Below, piece after piece: positions 1-11,193 of a stretch of DNA of 64,000 nt. Within the stretch, counting starts at the first letter, position 1. Each line of letters starts with the position of its first letter. Origin of the DNA: Candidatus Limnocylindrus sp. (GTDB taxonomy: Bacteria > Chloroflexota > Limnocylindria > Limnocylindrales > Limnocylindraceae); the NCBI GenBank assembly GCA_040397175.1, contig JBBAWM010000002.1, positions 190,482 through 254,481 of the forward strand, given 5' to 3'. The notes below the pieces were generated by a model. That model did no database searches. It had not been told where the DNA came from and was given only the letters and a program-made list of their open reading frames with translations. A program made the translations under genes and the position numbers.

Positions 1-219
1 CTCGCGGCGCAGGTCACCTTCGACCTTGCGGCCCTTATCGATGACTTCACGAAGTCGGTTGACCTGGTCTTCAGTAAGGTCACGTACGCGCATGTCGGGA
101 TTGATGGAGGTCTGCGCCAAGATCTTCTGGCTGGTGGTCAGACCGATGCCGAAGATGTAGGTGAGGGCGATCTCAACACGCTTTTCGCGCGGAATATCAA
201 CGCCTGCAATACGAGCCAT
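1..219 (-). CDS. rpsM: 30S ribosomal protein S13 (partial, runs off window start)
   Basis: Manual translation [26 protein letters not shown]; position after rpmJ. Confidence 0.96.
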   Translation of the reverse strand, partial: MARIAGVDIPREKRVEIALTYIFGIGLTTSQKILAQTSINPDMRVRDLTEDQVNRLREVIDKGRKVEGDLRRE

Positions 220-222
220 CAG

Positions 223-336
223 TTAACCCTGGCGCTGCTTGTGCTTCGGGTTTTCGCAAATGACCATGACGCGACCGTGCCGCTTAATCACGAGGCACTT
301 GTCGCAACGAACCTTAACCGACGCAGATACTTTCAC
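223..336 (-). CDS. rpmJ: 50S ribosomal protein L36 (zinc-binding type)
   Basis: Manual translation from GTG: [37 protein letters not shown]; not in ORF track. Confidence 0.96.
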   Translation of the reverse strand: MKVSASVKVRCDKCLVIKRHGRVMVICENPKHKQRQG

Positions 337-373
337 TCGTTCTCCTGCTGTGAGCGGCGCACCGCTCGTGCTG

Positions 374-595
374 CTACTTCAACCGGTAGGTGATCCGACC
401 CTGGGTCAGATCGTATGGCGAGAGTTCGACCTTCACCCGATCACCTGGAAGGATTCGGATGAAATTCGTCCGAAGCTTTCCACTGATGTAGGCGCGGATC
501 CGGTGGCCATTCTCAAGCTCGATCACGAACGATGTGTTCGGAAGCGGCTCTACAACGGTCCCCTCGACCTCGATCGAATCCTTCTTCGCCAACAA
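374..595 (-). CDS. infA: translation initiation factor IF-1
   Basis: [18 protein letters not shown]...[15 protein letters not shown]; TTG start at 595 or 592. Confidence 0.97.
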   Translation of the reverse strand: MLAKKDSIEVEGTVVEPLPNTSFVIELENGHRIRAYISGKLRTNFIRILPGDRVKVELSPYDLTQGRITYRLK

Positions 596-673
596 ACCCC
601 CGATCAGAACGCGTTACTGGATCTCGGAAGACCGAGACGGCGCGCTACTGAGTCCGCAGACGCGCGAAGGAAG

Positions 674-682
674 ACAATAGCA
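674..682 (-). promoter_or_regulatory. putative extended -10 promoter for infA-rpmJ-rpsM
   Basis: Minus-strand TGcTATTGT in the map-infA gap. Confidence 0.45.
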
Positions 683-713
683 GAGCCCCACGATCCACGC
701 ACGAGGAGGGCGT

Positions 714-1469
714 TCATGACCCCCTCGTCAGGATGGTGGAACCCCCCGCCTCGATGGCGATGCTCTCTTCCCAGTGAGCTGCGAGGCCCCCGTCAATTGT
801 TACAACCGTCCATTCGTCGTCCATCACCCCCACCTCAGGCGACCCGAGGGTGAGCATCGGCTCGATCGCCAGGCAGTGGCCCTCCGCCAGGGTCAGACTC
901 TTGCGGCCGGTGCGGTAGTTGGGCACCTGCGGCGCCTCGTGCATGGCACGGCCGATGCCATGCCCGACGTAGGGGCGCACGATCCCGTACCCCGCCCGGA
1001 GGGCGACATCCTCGACCGCTCCAGAGATCTCTTCAATCGTGGCCCCGGGCCGGGCCGCCGCGATGCCAGCGTCGAGCGCCTCGCGAGTCACCGCCACCAA
1101 GCGCGTCGCCTCCGGCGAGCCCTCGCCAACCACGAAGCTCCGCGCTCCGTCGGCGTGCCAGCCCTCCCAGATGGCCCCCGCATCGATCGAGACGAGCATC
1201 CCATCCTTGATTTCTCGGTCACCAGGGATGCCATGCACCACCTCGCTATCCAGCGAGATGCAGATCACGGACGGGAAGCCGTGGTAGCCCTTGAAGTTTG
1301 AGGTCGCGCCATGCCGCGTAATGCAGCGTTCGGCGATCGCATTGAGTTCGGCGGTGCTCGCACCGGGGATAGCCGCCTCGCGCACGAGGTCATGAATCTC
1401 GGCCACAATGGCGCCCGCGCGCCGCATCAAGGCGATCTCTGCTGGGCTCTTCCGCGTAATTGTCCCCAT
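714..1469 (-). CDS. map: methionine aminopeptidase type I
   Basis: VVHGIP, GHGIG..MHE, AIEPM motifs; position after adk. Confidence 0.96.
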   Translation of the reverse strand: MGTITRKSPAEIALMRRAGAIVAEIHDLVREAAIPGASTAELNAIAERCITRHGATSNFKGYHGFPSVICISLDSEVVHGIPGDREIKDGMLVSIDAGAIWEGWHADGARSFVVGEGSPEATRLVAVTREALDAGIAAARPGATIEEISGAVEDVALRAGYGIVRPYVGHGIGRAMHEAPQVPNYRTGRKSLTLAEGHCLAIEPMLTLGSPEVGVMDDEWTVVTIDGGLAAHWEESIAIEAGGSTILTRGS

Positions 1470-1473
1470 GAAC

Positions 1474-2130
1474 CTACGCCGTTAAGCCAGCGGCCGCGGC
1501 GGCCGCCGCCAGTCGACCTTGAACCTGGTCGATAGCACCGACCCCGTCGACCTCAGTGAGCCGGCCAGCTGACCGATAGAGCTCGACGACTGAATCGAGG
1601 GCGGTGAGCTGGTTCTCGAGTCGTGCCGCCACCGTGGCGGGTGCGTCATCACTGCGGGTGATCAGCGCCGTGGCACACACATCGCACAGCCCAGCCTGCT
1701 GCGGTGGGCGGCTGATGAGGTGGTAGGAGCGCCCGCAGGAGGGGCAGACGCGACGCGCAGTGAGGCGCTCTTCTAGTAGTGCGCGATCTACCTTGAGCAG
1801 CACGGCGCGGATCGAGCGACCACTGGTCGCATACGCCGCATCGAGTGCCGTCGCCTGTGCAGGATTGCGCGGAAATCCGTCGAGGATGACGCGATTCGCT
1901 GCGTCCGGTTGGGCGAGACGCGCCTGGATCATGTTGATCGTCACCGCATCCGGAACAAGTTGCCCAGCGTCAATGAATTGCTTTGCGGCAACGCCCAGTG
2001 GTGAGCCAGCAGCGATTTCAGCACGGAAGAGGTCGCCTGTTGCAACGTGGGCTGCCCCCGTTGCTGCGGAGAGTGCCTCCGCTTGCGTCCCTTTCCCTGC
2101 GCCTGGGGCGCCGAGAAGGACGAGGATCAC
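1474..2130 (-). CDS. adk: adenylate kinase (Zn-lid type)
   Basis: GAPGAGKGTQ, LDGFPR, CxxC...CxxC lid. Confidence 0.97.
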   Translation of the reverse strand: MILVLLGAPGAGKGTQAEALSAATGAAHVATGDLFRAEIAAGSPLGVAAKQFIDAGQLVPDAVTINMIQARLAQPDAANRVILDGFPRNPAQATALDAAYATSGRSIRAVLLKVDRALLEERLTARRVCPSCGRSYHLISRPPQQAGLCDVCATALITRSDDAPATVAARLENQLTALDSVVELYRSAGRLTEVDGVGAIDQVQGRLAAAAAAAGLTA

Positions 2131-3416
2131 TTAATAAAGCCCTCGTAATTTCGCATCAACATCTGAGCCTCGAGCTGCTTCATCGTCTCCACGACAACGC
2201 TCACCGCAATGAGAAGGCCGGTGCCACCAAGGCTGACACCAAGGCCGCCAAGGTCACCGAAGAGTGTGCCGAGGGCGTACGGCGAGACGGCAACGAGTCC
2301 AAGGAAGAGCGAGCCGAGCAGGGTGATCCGTGTGACCACCTTCCCGAGATACTCCTGCGTTGGCATTCCTGGGCGAATGCCTGGAATGTAGCCACCGTTC
2401 TTGCGCAGCTGGTCTGCGGTTTCGTCGGGCTTGAAGGTGAACGCCGTATAGAAGTAGGTGAAGGCGACGGTCAGCGTGAAGTAGAAGGGCAAGTAGACCA
2501 GCTTATTCTGTGGCCCGAGTGTATCGACGATCCACTGGGCGCCAGCCTTGACCCACGTTACCTCTGATGCCGTGAAGTAGCCCGCAATCTGCGCGGGGAA
2601 GAGCAGGATGCTCATCGAGAAGATGATCGGGATCACGCCGGCCTGGTTCACCTTGAGTGGCAGGAAGGTGCGACCCCCCTGATAGACGCGGTTACCGCGA
2701 ACGCGACTGGCGTATTCGACAGGAATTCGACGCTGCCCCTCGGTAATCAAGATAATTGCCGCAACAGCTGCCGCACCCACCACGGCGAAGGCGAGTAGCA
2801 CGGCGAGATCTGGCGCAGTAAAGAACTGCTGAATGGCACCTGGAACTCGACCGATGATGCCGGCGAAGATGATGAAGCTGATGCCGTTGCCGATGCCCCG
2901 CTCAGTGACCAGTTCGCCGATCCACATCAGGAGGAGCGAGCCGGTGGTGAGGATGACAATCTGCACCAGGGTCTCTGGGCTGGCGAGGTCAAAGTTCGTC
3001 TTGAGAACCTTCTGGCTATTCAGCAACGCAAGGAAGGCATAGCTCTGCAGCGCTGCAAGCGGCACCGTCAGGTAGCGAGTGTACTGATTGATCTTGTTGC
3101 GACCGTACTCACCCTCACGGCTGAGCTCGATGAGGCGCGGCACGACGCCGCTCATGAGCTGCATGATGATCGAGGCGTTGATGTATGGGTTCAAGCCGAG
3201 GCCGACCACGCTGAATCGCGCCAGTCCGCCACCCGAGAAGAGGTCAAGGAGGCCGAAGAGGGCGTTGTCTTTGAAGAAGCTTGAGAGGGCCGCTGGGTCG
3301 GCGCCTGGCACGGGGACATGGCTCAGAAGGCGGAAGACGACGAGCATCGCGGCGACGAAGAAGAGCTTGCGTCGGATCTCGGGGGTTCGGAACGCGTTCA
3401 CTAGGGTGTCAATCAT
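2127..3416 (-). CDS. secY: preprotein translocase subunit SecY
   Basis: GIGNGIS, PLKVNQAGVIPIIF, IPGIRPG motifs. Confidence 0.98.
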   Translation of the reverse strand: MIDTLVNAFRTPEIRRKLFFVAAMLVVFRLLSHVPVPGADPAALSSFFKDNALFGLLDLFSGGGLARFSVVGLGLNPYINASIIMQLMSGVVPRLIELSREGEYGRNKINQYTRYLTVPLAALQSYAFLALLNSQKVLKTNFDLASPETLVQIVILTTGSLLLMWIGELVTERGIGNGISFIIFAGIIGRVPGAIQQFFTAPDLAVLLAFAVVGAAAVAAIILITEGQRRIPVEYASRVRGNRVYQGGRTFLPLKVNQAGVIPIIFSMSILLFPAQIAGYFTASEVTWVKAGAQWIVDTLGPQNKLVYLPFYFTLTVAFTYFYTAFTFKPDETADQLRKNGGYIPGIRPGMPTQEYLGKVVTRITLLGSLFLGLVAVSPYALGTLFGDLGGLGVSLGGTGLLIAVSVVVETMKQLEAQMLMRNYEGFIK

Positions 3417-3472
3417 CGTTCGTCTCCTCCACCGCTCACTGTAGGCGCAACGCGCCTACCTGCGTCCTAACC

Positions 3473-4066
3473 TTAGGCGTCTGCGCCGTCAGCCTTTGCG
3501 GCCTTGGGGGCACGCTTTGCTGGGGCCTTCTTGCCGGGCGTTGGGGCGTTCTTCCCCGCCTTCACCCCTACTGGGGCTGCCGAGGCGGGAGTGGCGCTCT
3601 CGTACACCGTGATGTCACCGCCGGCCGCCTTGATCTTGGCGACGGCGCTGTCGGTAAAGGCGTTCGCGGCAAAGAGGATCTTCGCGGAGATCTCGCCTGT
3701 GCCGAGCACTTTCAACGGCTTTCCTCGAGTCTTGAGGAGACCCGCTGCGGCGAGGATGTCAGCGTTGACGCTGAGCGGGCTCTCGCCCTTCAGGCGCCCG
3801 GCGTCGATCCACTGCTGAATGCGACCGACATTGACGACGGCAACTTCAACGCGCAAGACATTGCGGAAGCCGCGAAGCTTTGGAATTCGGCGATGAATTG
3901 GCGTCTGGCCGCCTTCGAACCACGCTGGGATGCTCCCGCCGCTTCGTGAGGTCTGACCCTTCGTACCGTAACCGGCAGTCTTTCCGCGCCCAGCGGCAAT
4001 ACCGCGACCGACGCGAATGCGCTTCTTCTTTGACCCTGGTGCTGGCTGCAGATCATGGAGCTTCAC
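3473..4066 (-). CDS. rplO: 50S ribosomal protein L15 with Lys/Ala/Pro-rich C-terminal tail
   Basis: RVGRGIAAGRGKTAG, FEGGQTP. Confidence 0.97.
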   Translation of the reverse strand: MKLHDLQPAPGSKKKRIRVGRGIAAGRGKTAGYGTKGQTSRSGGSIPAWFEGGQTPIHRRIPKLRGFRNVLRVEVAVVNVGRIQQWIDAGRLKGESPLSVNADILAAAGLLKTRGKPLKVLGTGEISAKILFAANAFTDSAVAKIKAAGGDITVYESATPASAAPVGVKAGKNAPTPGKKAPAKRAPKAAKADGADA

Positions 4067-4347
4067 TTAGTCACCTTCGCCTTCTTCACCTTGGCAGGCT
4101 TCTTCGCCTTCTGTGCCTTCTTCGTTGCAACCGCAGTGGCCGCCGTTGCCGCCTCGGCGCCGGTCAACTCATCGAGCGAGACGAGGAAGTTCACCTGGCG
4201 CACCATGCCGCGCACGGCAGGATTGTCAGGAAGGAGATTCGTATCACCGATTCGGTCGAGGCCAAGGGCGCGGATCGTGCCGCGGTTACGCGCCACATGC
4301 CCGAGCTCGCTCTTGACCTGAGTAACCTTGATGTACTTCTCAGCCAT
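4063..4347 (-). CDS. rpmD: 50S ribosomal protein L30 with basic C-terminal extension
   Basis: [13 protein letters not shown]...TIRALGL; ATG at 4347 preceded by GAGG. Confidence 0.93.
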   Translation of the reverse strand: MAEKYIKVTQVKSELGHVARNRGTIRALGLDRIGDTNLLPDNPAVRGMVRQVNFLVSLDELTGAEAATAATAVATKKAQKAKKPAKVKKAKVTK

Positions 4348-4873
4348 GGTGCACCTCTGGTGCCGACTCTTGCCCGCCGACTCGGATGCGGACGCGCTTG
4401 CCACGCGCAGCTGAGATCTGCTCAGCGGTGCGCAGTTGCGAGAGTGCTTCAATCGCGGCGCGGGTTGCGTTCACGGGGTTCGACGAACCGTAGACCTTGG
4501 AGAGAATGTCGTGAATGCCCGCAGCGGTGATGATCGCGCGGATCGCGCCACCGGCGATCACGCCGGTTCCCTGCGAGGCTGGCTTCAGCATCACGCGGCT
4601 CGCGGAGTGCTCGGCTGACACTTCGTGTGGAATGGTGGTGCCAAGGAACGGCACGCGGATCAAGTTTTTCTTCGCGTCTTCGGTCCCCTTGCGAATCGAC
4701 TCCGGCACTTCGCCAGCCTTGCCGATGCCAACGCCCACGTGGCCCTGGCCATCGCCAACGACGACGAGCGCCGAGAAGGTGAAGCGGCGACCGCCCTTCA
4801 CTACCTTCGCTACGCGGTTGATCTGCACGACCTTCTCTGCGAGGGTCAGCTTCGACGCGTCAATTCTCGCCAT
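4340..4873 (-). CDS. rpsE: 30S ribosomal protein S5
   Basis: [24 protein letters not shown]. Confidence 0.98.
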   Translation of the reverse strand: MARIDASKLTLAEKVVQINRVAKVVKGGRRFTFSALVVVGDGQGHVGVGIGKAGEVPESIRKGTEDAKKNLIRVPFLGTTIPHEVSAEHSASRVMLKPASQGTGVIAGGAIRAIITAAGIHDILSKVYGSSNPVNATRAAIEALSQLRTAEQISAARGKRVRIRVGGQESAPEVHHG

Positions 4874-4885
4874 CTCAGTGCCCTC

Positions 4886-5251
4886 CTAGAACTCAAGCCC
4901 GGCAGCCCGGGCAGCGTCTGCGAGCGCCTTAAGGCGCCCATGATATTTAAATCCAGCGCGGTCGAAGACCACCTTCGCCACTCCAGCGGCCTTGGCGCGC
5001 TGGGCAACAAGAGTGCCAACTTCGGCAGCCTCCTGCACCTTCGTGCGCTTGGCGTCGCTCTTCACCGTTGCGTCGAGCGTTGACGCTGCTGCCAGGGTCT
5101 TGCCGGCTGCGTCATCAATGACCTGCGCGTAGATGTGATTCAAGCTGCGGAAGATCGCGAGTCGCGGTCGCACGGCTGAGCCCTCAACCGTCAGTCGAAT
5201 TCCAAAGTGTCGGCGCTTACGCGACGCGACGCGTGTCGTTACGCGGCTCAC
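4886..5251 (-). CDS. rplR: 50S ribosomal protein L18
   Basis: [23 protein letters not shown]. Confidence 0.97.
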   Translation of the reverse strand: MSRVTTRVASRKRRHFGIRLTVEGSAVRPRLAIFRSLNHIYAQVIDDAAGKTLAAASTLDATVKSDAKRTKVQEAAEVGTLVAQRAKAAGVAKVVFDRAGFKYHGRLKALADAARAAGLEF

Positions 5252-5796
5252 TTAGCACCAACCTTTCCGGCCTTACCAGCCTTGCGGCGGATAACCTCGT
5301 TGACATACTTGATGCCCTTCCCCTTGTACGGCTCAGGCTTACGGAGGGAACGGATCTCTGCAGCGATCTGGCCGACGAGCTCCTTGTTTGCGCCGAGAAC
5401 GGCGACCTTCGTCTGGCCGTCCACTTCGAAGGTAATCCCGGCCGGGGGATTGATCTCAATTGGGTGGCTGTAGCCGAGGGCCAGGGTCAACTTGTTCCCC
5501 GCCTTCGCGGCGCGATAGCCGACGCCATTGATCTCAAGATCGGTGCGGAAGCCAGTGGCAACACCCTCGACCATATTGGCGATGAGGGTGCGGCAGAGGC
5601 CGTGCATCGAGCGATTGGTCTTGCTGTCATCAGGACGCGACACAGTGATCACGTCCGCCTCAAGGGTGAACGTCACGGCGCCAGGGATCTCACGCGAGAG
5701 GGTCCCCTTCGGTCCGGTGACCGAAACGGTGCGACCCTCAATAGTGACCTTCACCCCTGCTGGTACGGCGATGGGCTTGCGTCCGATTCGTGACAT
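5248..5796 (-). CDS. rplF: 50S ribosomal protein L6
   Basis: [18 protein letters not shown]. Confidence 0.98.
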   Translation of the reverse strand: MSRIGRKPIAVPAGVKVTIEGRTVSVTGPKGTLSREIPGAVTFTLEADVITVSRPDDSKTNRSMHGLCRTLIANMVEGVATGFRTDLEINGVGYRAAKAGNKLTLALGYSHPIEINPPAGITFEVDGQTKVAVLGANKELVGQIAAEIRSLRKPEPYKGKGIKYVNEVIRRKAGKAGKVGAK

Positions 5797-5808
5797 CAGT
5801 CCCCTCCT

Positions 5809-6207
5809 CTACCAGACGTAGGCGAGGATCTCGCCGCCGAGCTGGGCCTTGTGGGCCTGCGCTCCGGTCATGATCCCCTTAGATGTGCTCAAGATGACAA
5901 CACCGAGGCCGCCGAGCACGCGCGGAATCTCTGTCTTACCAGCATAAACCCTTAGGCCAGGCTTGCTGATGCGCTTGAGGCCCGAGACGACAGGCACCTT
6001 GCCATCGACGTACTTCAGGGTGACCTGAAGGTAGTTCTCGGGGCCCTTCTTGGTCTCCACGAAGGACGCCACGAAGCCCTCATCCACGAGGATGCGAGCC
6101 ATCTGAAGCTTCAACTTGGAGGCCGGAACCAGCACCTCAGCATGCCGCGCGCGCGACGCGTTCCGGATGCGAGTAAGCATGTCTGCGATTGGATCAGTGA
6201 CGTTCAT
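5809..6207 (-). CDS. rpsH: 30S ribosomal protein S8
   Basis: [21 protein letters not shown]. Confidence 0.98.
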   Translation of the reverse strand: MNVTDPIADMLTRIRNASRARHAEVLVPASKLKLQMARILVDEGFVASFVETKKGPENYLQVTLKYVDGKVPVVSGLKRISKPGLRVYAGKTEIPRVLGGLGVVILSTSKGIMTGAQAHKAQLGGEILAYVW

Positions 6208-6211
6208 ATTC

Positions 6212-6397
6212 TCACCAACTCGACTTCGTTACGCCCGGAATCATGCCGACCAGGGCACGCTCTCGGAAACAGATTCGGCAGAGGCCGAACCGACGGATGA
6301 ATGCGCGTGGACGCCCGCAGAGGGCGCAACGGCTGTACTTCCGCGTAGAAAACTTTGCCGGTGCTGCCGACTTTAGTACCAACGACTTCTTTGCCAT
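6212..6397 (-). CDS. rpsN: 30S ribosomal protein S14 (type Z, zinc-binding)
   Basis: RCALCGRPR...LCRICFRE, 61 aa. Confidence 0.97.
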   Translation of the reverse strand: MAKKSLVLKSAAPAKFSTRKYSRCALCGRPRAFIRRFGLCRICFRERALVGMIPGVTKSSW

Positions 6398-6407
6398 CTC
6401 AGCCCCC

Positions 6408-6947
6408 TCAGTTCGCGAACGGCATGCCGAGCATAGAGAGGAGCTTCTTAGACTCCTCGTCGCTCTTCGCCGTCGTTACGATTGTGACCTCGAGACCTCG
6501 AAGTCGGTCGATCTTGTCGAATTCCACCTCGGGGAAGGAGAGCTGCTCCTTCATGCCCAGGGTGTAGTTACCACGGCCATCGAATGACTTACCCGACACT
6601 CCGCGGAAGTCACGGATGCGTGGCAGGGCGACCCGGGTGAGTCGCTCGAGGAAGTCCCACATGCGCACGCCGCGCAGGGTGACCTTTGCGCCGACGGGGT
6701 TCCCCTCGCGCACCTTGAAGGTTGCGATGGACTTCTTCGCCTTGGTGACGATCGCACGCTGACCGGTGATGAGGGCGAGGTCGCCCACGGCTGCATCCAC
6801 CGCCTTGGCGTTGGTGAGTGCCTCGCCGAGCCCGATGTTGACCACGATTTTCTCGAGGCGTGGCACCTGCATCGCGTTGGTGTAACCAAACTCGCTCTTG
6901 AGGGCTGGAATTACCTCTGTCGTGTAGCGCTGCTTCAGCTGGCTCAC
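6408..6947 (-). CDS. rplE: 50S ribosomal protein L5
   Basis: [28 protein letters not shown]; GTG start overlaps rplX stop. Confidence 0.97.
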   Translation of the reverse strand: MSQLKQRYTTEVIPALKSEFGYTNAMQVPRLEKIVVNIGLGEALTNAKAVDAAVGDLALITGQRAIVTKAKKSIATFKVREGNPVGAKVTLRGVRMWDFLERLTRVALPRIRDFRGVSGKSFDGRGNYTLGMKEQLSFPEVEFDKIDRLRGLEVTIVTTAKSDEESKKLLSMLGMPFAN

Positions 6948-7324
6948 TTGGCAGCCTCCTTCTTCGCGCCGATCACCGCACCGCAGCGGCCACAGAGGCG
7001 CTGCTTCTTGCCGTCGGCGGTTCGGCCTGCCTTGAGGCGAATTGGTCGGTCGCACTTCGGGCAGACGACAGCAACCTTCGCAAGTGCGAGCGGCATCGCT
7101 ACCTCGATGATTCCGCCTGGCTCCATGGTTGGCGCCTGCGAACCGTTCGCCATCTTCTGGCGTGGCTTCTGATGCTTCTTCGCAACGTTCAGGCCGGTCA
7201 CAACGACCTTTCCTGGCGTGACGAGGCGCTCAACGCTGCCGCGCTTCCCTGCATCCTTGCCGCTGAGCACCGAGACGGTGTCACCGACGCGAATCTCCGT
7301 GGTTGTCTCATAGATCGAACGCAT
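6944..7324 (-). CDS. rplX: 50S ribosomal protein L24
   Basis: KOW motif [16 protein letters not shown]; between rplN and rplE. Confidence 0.95.
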   Translation of the reverse strand: MRSIYETTTEIRVGDTVSVLSGKDAGKRGSVERLVTPGKVVVTGLNVAKKHQKPRQKMANGSQAPTMEPGGIIEVAMPLALAKVAVVCPKCDRPIRLKAGRTADGKKQRLCGRCGAVIGAKKEAAK

Positions 7325-7692
7325 TAGAGCACCTCCGGCGCGAGTGAAATGATCTTCATGTAGTCCCGGTCTCGCAGCTCGCGCGCGACTGGCCCAAAGA
7401 TGCGGGTCCCTCGTGGGTTGCCGTCAGCGGCGATCAGAACGGCAGCGTTCTCATCGAAGCGGATCACGCTGCCATCAGGGCGCGAGATCTCCTTGACGGT
7501 GCGCACGACGACTGCCTTGACGACATCGCCCTTCTTCACGCCGGCATTCGGCGTTGCCTGCTTTACCGCGGCAACGATGACGTCGCCTACGAACGCGGTG
7601 GTTGCCCGACCGCGACCGAGGATGCGGAAGCACTCGATCACCTTTGCGCCGGAGTTGTCAGCGACCCGGAGTCGGGTACCAGTCTGGATCAC
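7324..7692 (-). CDS. rplN: 50S ribosomal protein L14
   Basis: [21 protein letters not shown]. Confidence 0.98.
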   Translation of the reverse strand: MIQTGTRLRVADNSGAKVIECFRILGRGRATTAFVGDVIVAAVKQATPNAGVKKGDVVKAVVVRTVKEISRPDGSVIRFDENAAVLIAADGNPRGTRIFGPVARELRDRDYMKIISLAPEVL

Positions 7693-7970
7693 AGTGCCCC
7701 CTCCTGCGACTCGCCACGCTTCACGACCTTGACGAGCGTCCAGCGCTTGCGGGCGCTGAGCGGTCGGGACTCTTCGACGGTCACGAGGTCGCCGATCTTG
7801 GCGTCGTTGAGCTCGTCGTGCGCCATAAATCGCGCAGTGCGGCGAATGACGCGCTTGTAGACGGGGTGCTGTGCGAGGCGCTCTACAGAGATCACGATCG
7901 TCTTGTCACCCTTATCGCTGACAACACGGCCGGTCTGTGTCTTGCGCTTTCCTAGATGCTGCTCGCTCAT
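7689..7970 (-). CDS. rpsQ: 30S ribosomal protein S17
   Basis: [24 protein letters not shown]; ATG at 7970 after GGAG. Confidence 0.96.
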   Translation of the reverse strand: MSEQHLGKRKTQTGRVVSDKGDKTIVISVERLAQHPVYKRVIRRTARFMAHDELNDAKIGDLVTVEESRPLSARKRWTLVKVVKRGESQEGAL

Positions 7971-7978
7971 AACTCCCC

Positions 7979-8182
7979 CTATGCCTTCTGTGCGGCCTGG
8001 CGCTCGGCCAGGACCATCAGCAGGCGCGCGATGGTCTTGCGCGTCTTGTTTACGACACTCGTGTCTTTCAACTGTCGGGTTGAGAGCTCGAATCGGGCCT
8101 GCCACAGGTCGCGCTTCGCGTCGGCAATGGCCTGGACCAGCTCGGCATCAGTCATGTTGCGGACCTGGGCGATCTCAATCAT
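7979..8182 (-). CDS. rpmC: 50S ribosomal protein L29
   Basis: 67-aa helical protein, [14 protein letters not shown]; between rplP and rpsQ. Confidence 0.93.
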   Translation of the reverse strand: MIEIAQVRNMTDAELVQAIADAKRDLWQARFELSTRQLKDTSVVNKTRKTIARLLMVLAERQAAQKA

Positions 8183-8739
8183 GCCTCGTCCTCCTTCGCA
8201 GGCTTCACTGGCTTCACGAGTTCAGGCTCCTTTGGAGCGGCGCCGCCAGCGGCTGGAGCCTCTTCAGTGGTTGGGAGGCCAAGGGCCACCTTCTGGAGGA
8301 ACTTCTTGCCAAAGACAACCTGGCCGAGATCCGCTGCGCGCTCCACGATCACCGTGCTCACCGGGAGCTTCATGCCAGCGAGGCGGAAGGCTTCCACAGC
8401 CTCTGGCCGCGTCACGCCAGCGATCTCAAAGAGGATGCGCCCTGGCTTTACCACGGCAACCCACTGGTCTGGCGCGCCCTTACCCGAACCCATGCGGGTT
8501 TCGGCAGGCTTCTTCGTGATCGGCTTGTCAGGGAAAATGCGGATCCATACCTTGCCGCCGCGGTTGATTTCGCGCGTCATCGCACGGCGGGCGGCCTCGA
8601 TCTGACGGGCGGTCACCCACGCTGGCTCAGTGGTGGCAATGCCAAAGTCGCCGAAGGCCACGGTGCGGCCCGACTTAGCGGGGCCAGACATACGGCCGCG
8701 CTGCACCTTGCGCCACTTGACTCGCTTCGGCATCAACAT
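8179..8739 (-). CDS. rplP: 50S ribosomal protein L16 with ~50-aa C-terminal extension
   Basis: [27 protein letters not shown]. Confidence 0.97.
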   Translation of the reverse strand: MLMPKRVKWRKVQRGRMSGPAKSGRTVAFGDFGIATTEPAWVTARQIEAARRAMTREINRGGKVWIRIFPDKPITKKPAETRMGSGKGAPDQWVAVVKPGRILFEIAGVTRPEAVEAFRLAGMKLPVSTVIVERAADLGQVVFGKKFLQKVALGLPTTEEAPAAGGAAPKEPELVKPVKPAKEDEA

Positions 8740-8741
8740 CG

Positions 8742-9416
8742 CTATGCCCCCGATCCTGCGTTTTCAGAGAGCGGCTTCGGCTTCAGCACATCGGCCGGAG
8801 CATCGCCACGGTAGATCCAGACCTTCACACCAATCTGACCGAACGTGGTCGTGGCGTGGAAGACGGAGAAGTCAATATCGGCACGAAGGGTATGGAGCGG
8901 TAGTCGGCCGTCGCGGTCCCACTCGGTGCGGCTCATCTCTGCGCCGCCCAGTCGACCGGAGACCATGATCTTCACGCCCTTAGCGCCAGCCTTCATCGAA
9001 CGCTGGATCCCCTGCTTCAGCGCCTTGCGGAAGGCGATGCGTCGGACCAACTGTGCGCCGATGGACGCGGCAACGAGATATGCGTCGAGGTCTGGCTGGC
9101 GAATCTCCTTGATCTCGAGCTTCACCTTGCCGGCGCTGATCTCGCCGATCGCAGCGCGAAGCACTTCGACGTTTGCGCCACCCTTGCCAATCACCACACC
9201 CGGCTTGGCCGAATGGACGGTCACGGTGACGTAGTTCAAGCCACGCTCGATCTCAACCTTCGAGATGCTGGCCGCGGCCAACTTCACGTCGATCAACTTG
9301 CGAATGCGGAGGTCCTCCTGGAGGAGCTTGGTGTAGTCCTTGTCGGCGTACCACTGGGCAGACCACGTCTTGGTGATGCCGAGTCGGAAGCCTACTGGGT
9401 GAACCTTCTGTCCCAT
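8742..9416 (-). CDS. rpsC: 30S ribosomal protein S3
   Basis: [23 protein letters not shown]. Confidence 0.98.
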   Translation of the reverse strand: MGQKVHPVGFRLGITKTWSAQWYADKDYTKLLQEDLRIRKLIDVKLAAASISKVEIERGLNYVTVTVHSAKPGVVIGKGGANVEVLRAAIGEISAGKVKLEIKEIRQPDLDAYLVAASIGAQLVRRIAFRKALKQGIQRSMKAGAKGVKIMVSGRLGGAEMSRTEWDRDGRLPLHTLRADIDFSVFHATTTFGQIGVKVWIYRGDAPADVLKPKPLSENAGSGA

Positions 9417-9418
9417 GG

Positions 9419-9763
9419 TCAGGCCTCCTTTGCGCTTACAACGACGGTGATGTGGGTCATTGGCTTATGGATGGCGAAGGCTCGGCCCTGCGCGCGGGGT
9501 CGGAAGCGCTTCAAGGTTGGACCCTCGTCGGCGCTGGCATCGACCACGAAGAGGCGGTCGGCTGGAATGCTGTGGTTCGCTTCGGCGTTGGCCGTAGCGC
9601 TCTTGAGCACAGAGGCGACATCGCGCGCTGAGGAGTGCGGCAGGAAGCGCAGGATCGCCGTGGCGTCAGCCACCGACTTCCCTTTGATCGCTCGCACCAC
9701 GAGCTGGGCGCGGCGGGTCGAACCGCGCACGTACTTCGCCGTTGCCTTCACGCGAATGCTCAC
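9419..9763 (-). CDS. rplV: 50S ribosomal protein L22
   Basis: [18 protein letters not shown]. Confidence 0.97.
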   Translation of the reverse strand: MSIRVKATAKYVRGSTRRAQLVVRAIKGKSVADATAILRFLPHSSARDVASVLKSATANAEANHSIPADRLFVVDASADEGPTLKRFRPRAQGRAFAIHKPMTHITVVVSAKEA

Positions 9764-10044
9764 GAGGCCACCGCCGTCGTGCGGTCCACGCGCTGGTGGC
9801 CCTTGAACGTACGCGTTGGCGAGAACTCGCCGAGGCGGTGCCCGACCATGTTTTCGGTGATGAAGACCGGCACATGCTTGCGGCCGTTGTAGACCGCGAC
9901 GGTGTGGCCGATGAAGTCTGGGTAGATGACCGATGCGCGCGACCAGGTCTTCACGACGCGCTTCTCATTGATCGCGTTCATTGCCTGAACGCGGGCAAGG
10001 AGCCGCTTCTCGATGAACGGAGCCTTCTTAGACGAACGTGACAT
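9760..10044 (-). CDS. rpsS: 30S ribosomal protein S19
   Basis: [20 protein letters not shown]. Confidence 0.98.
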   Translation of the reverse strand: MSRSSKKAPFIEKRLLARVQAMNAINEKRVVKTWSRASVIYPDFIGHTVAVYNGRKHVPVFITENMVGHRLGEFSPTRTFKGHQRVDRTTAVAS

Positions 10045-10060
10045 TAAGCCTCCTCCTCGA

Positions 10061-10888
10061 TCAGCGTGCGTGTCGCGAGCGGACGATCAGCCGCTGCGTC
10101 AACTTGTTGCGGCGGGTACGAAGACCCATCGCAGGCTTGCCCCAAGGCGTCTTCGGAGGCATACCCGTTGGGGCCTTGCCTTCGCCACCGCCGTGAGGGT
10201 GATCGACCGGGTTCATTGCCGAGCCACGAACCTCTGGGCGCTTGCCCATGTGTCGTGCGCGCCCGGCCTTACCGATCGCCATGTTTTCGTGGTCAAGGTT
10301 CGACACCTGGCCCACGGTTGCCATGCATAGAAGTGGGACGAGACGCATCTCGCCAGAGGGCATACGAATGGTGGCAAATGCGCCCTCTTTGGCGACGAGC
10401 TGCGCGGCAGTTCCGGCGGAACGGACCATCTGGCCGCCCTTGCCTGGAACGAGCTCGATGTTGTGGACCGTAGTACCGAGCGGCATACGGCCGAGCGGCA
10501 GGGCGTTTCCGACCTTCGCTTCAGCGTCTGGGCCCGAGACCACGTTGTCGCCGACCGAGAGGCCGTTTGGCAGGAGCATGTAGCGCTTCTCGCCATCGGC
10601 GTAGTTGAGGAGGCCAATGCGCGCTGAGCGGTTTGGATCGTACTCAACGGTCGCCACGCGGGCTGGCACGCCGAACTTGTTGCGGCGGAAGTCGATCTTG
10701 CGATAGAGGCGCTTCTGCTCGCCACCGCGGTGACGAACGGTGATCTTCCCCTGGAAGTTACGCCCTGAACCGCGCACGAGCTTCTCCGTCAGCGGCTTGT
10801 GCGGCTCGTTGGTCGTGATCTCGTCGAACGTTGGCATGGTCATGCCACGGACGCCGGCGCTGGTTGGCTTCAATCGACGAAGTGCCAT
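10061..10888 (-). CDS. rplB: 50S ribosomal protein L2
   Basis: [21 protein letters not shown]; ATG at 10888. Confidence 0.98.
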   Translation of the reverse strand: MALRRLKPTSAGVRGMTMPTFDEITTNEPHKPLTEKLVRGSGRNFQGKITVRHRGGEQKRLYRKIDFRRNKFGVPARVATVEYDPNRSARIGLLNYADGEKRYMLLPNGLSVGDNVVSGPDAEAKVGNALPLGRMPLGTTVHNIELVPGKGGQMVRSAGTAAQLVAKEGAFATIRMPSGEMRLVPLLCMATVGQVSNLDHENMAIGKAGRARHMGKRPEVRGSAMNPVDHPHGGGEGKAPTGMPPKTPWGKPAMGLRTRRNKLTQRLIVRSRHAR

Positions 10889-10890
10889 GG

Positions 10891-11193
10891 TTAGACTCCT
10901 TCGAAGAACTGAATCTTCTCGCCAGGGGCGAGGGTGACCATGGCCTTGCGCCATGGGGTCGTCTTACCTGGGAAGCGACTGCGGGCGAGTGTGCCGCGCG
11001 TCTCCTTCGCCTTGGTGGTGAGCACGTTGACCTCTTTCACCTTGACGGTAAAGAGTGAGGCAATGGCGGCGGCAATCTCAATCTTGGACGCGTCGGCGTG
11101 CACCGCGAAGGTGTACGTGCCGGTCTGCGACTGCAGGATCGACTTCTCGGAGATCACGGGACGAAGGATTGTCTCGTGTGGGGTGCGGTTCAT
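10891..11193 (-). CDS. rplW: 50S ribosomal protein L23
   Basis: [16 protein letters not shown]. Confidence 0.96.
   Translation of the reverse strand: MNRTPHETILRPVISEKSILQSQTGTYTFAVHADASKIEIAAAIASLFTVKVKEVNVLTTKAKETRGTLARSRFPGKTTPWRKAMVTLAPGEKIQFFEGV

Noticed and set aside
6944-7080. CxxC...CxxC motif in L24
   Set aside because: Zinc-ribbon L24 variants are common
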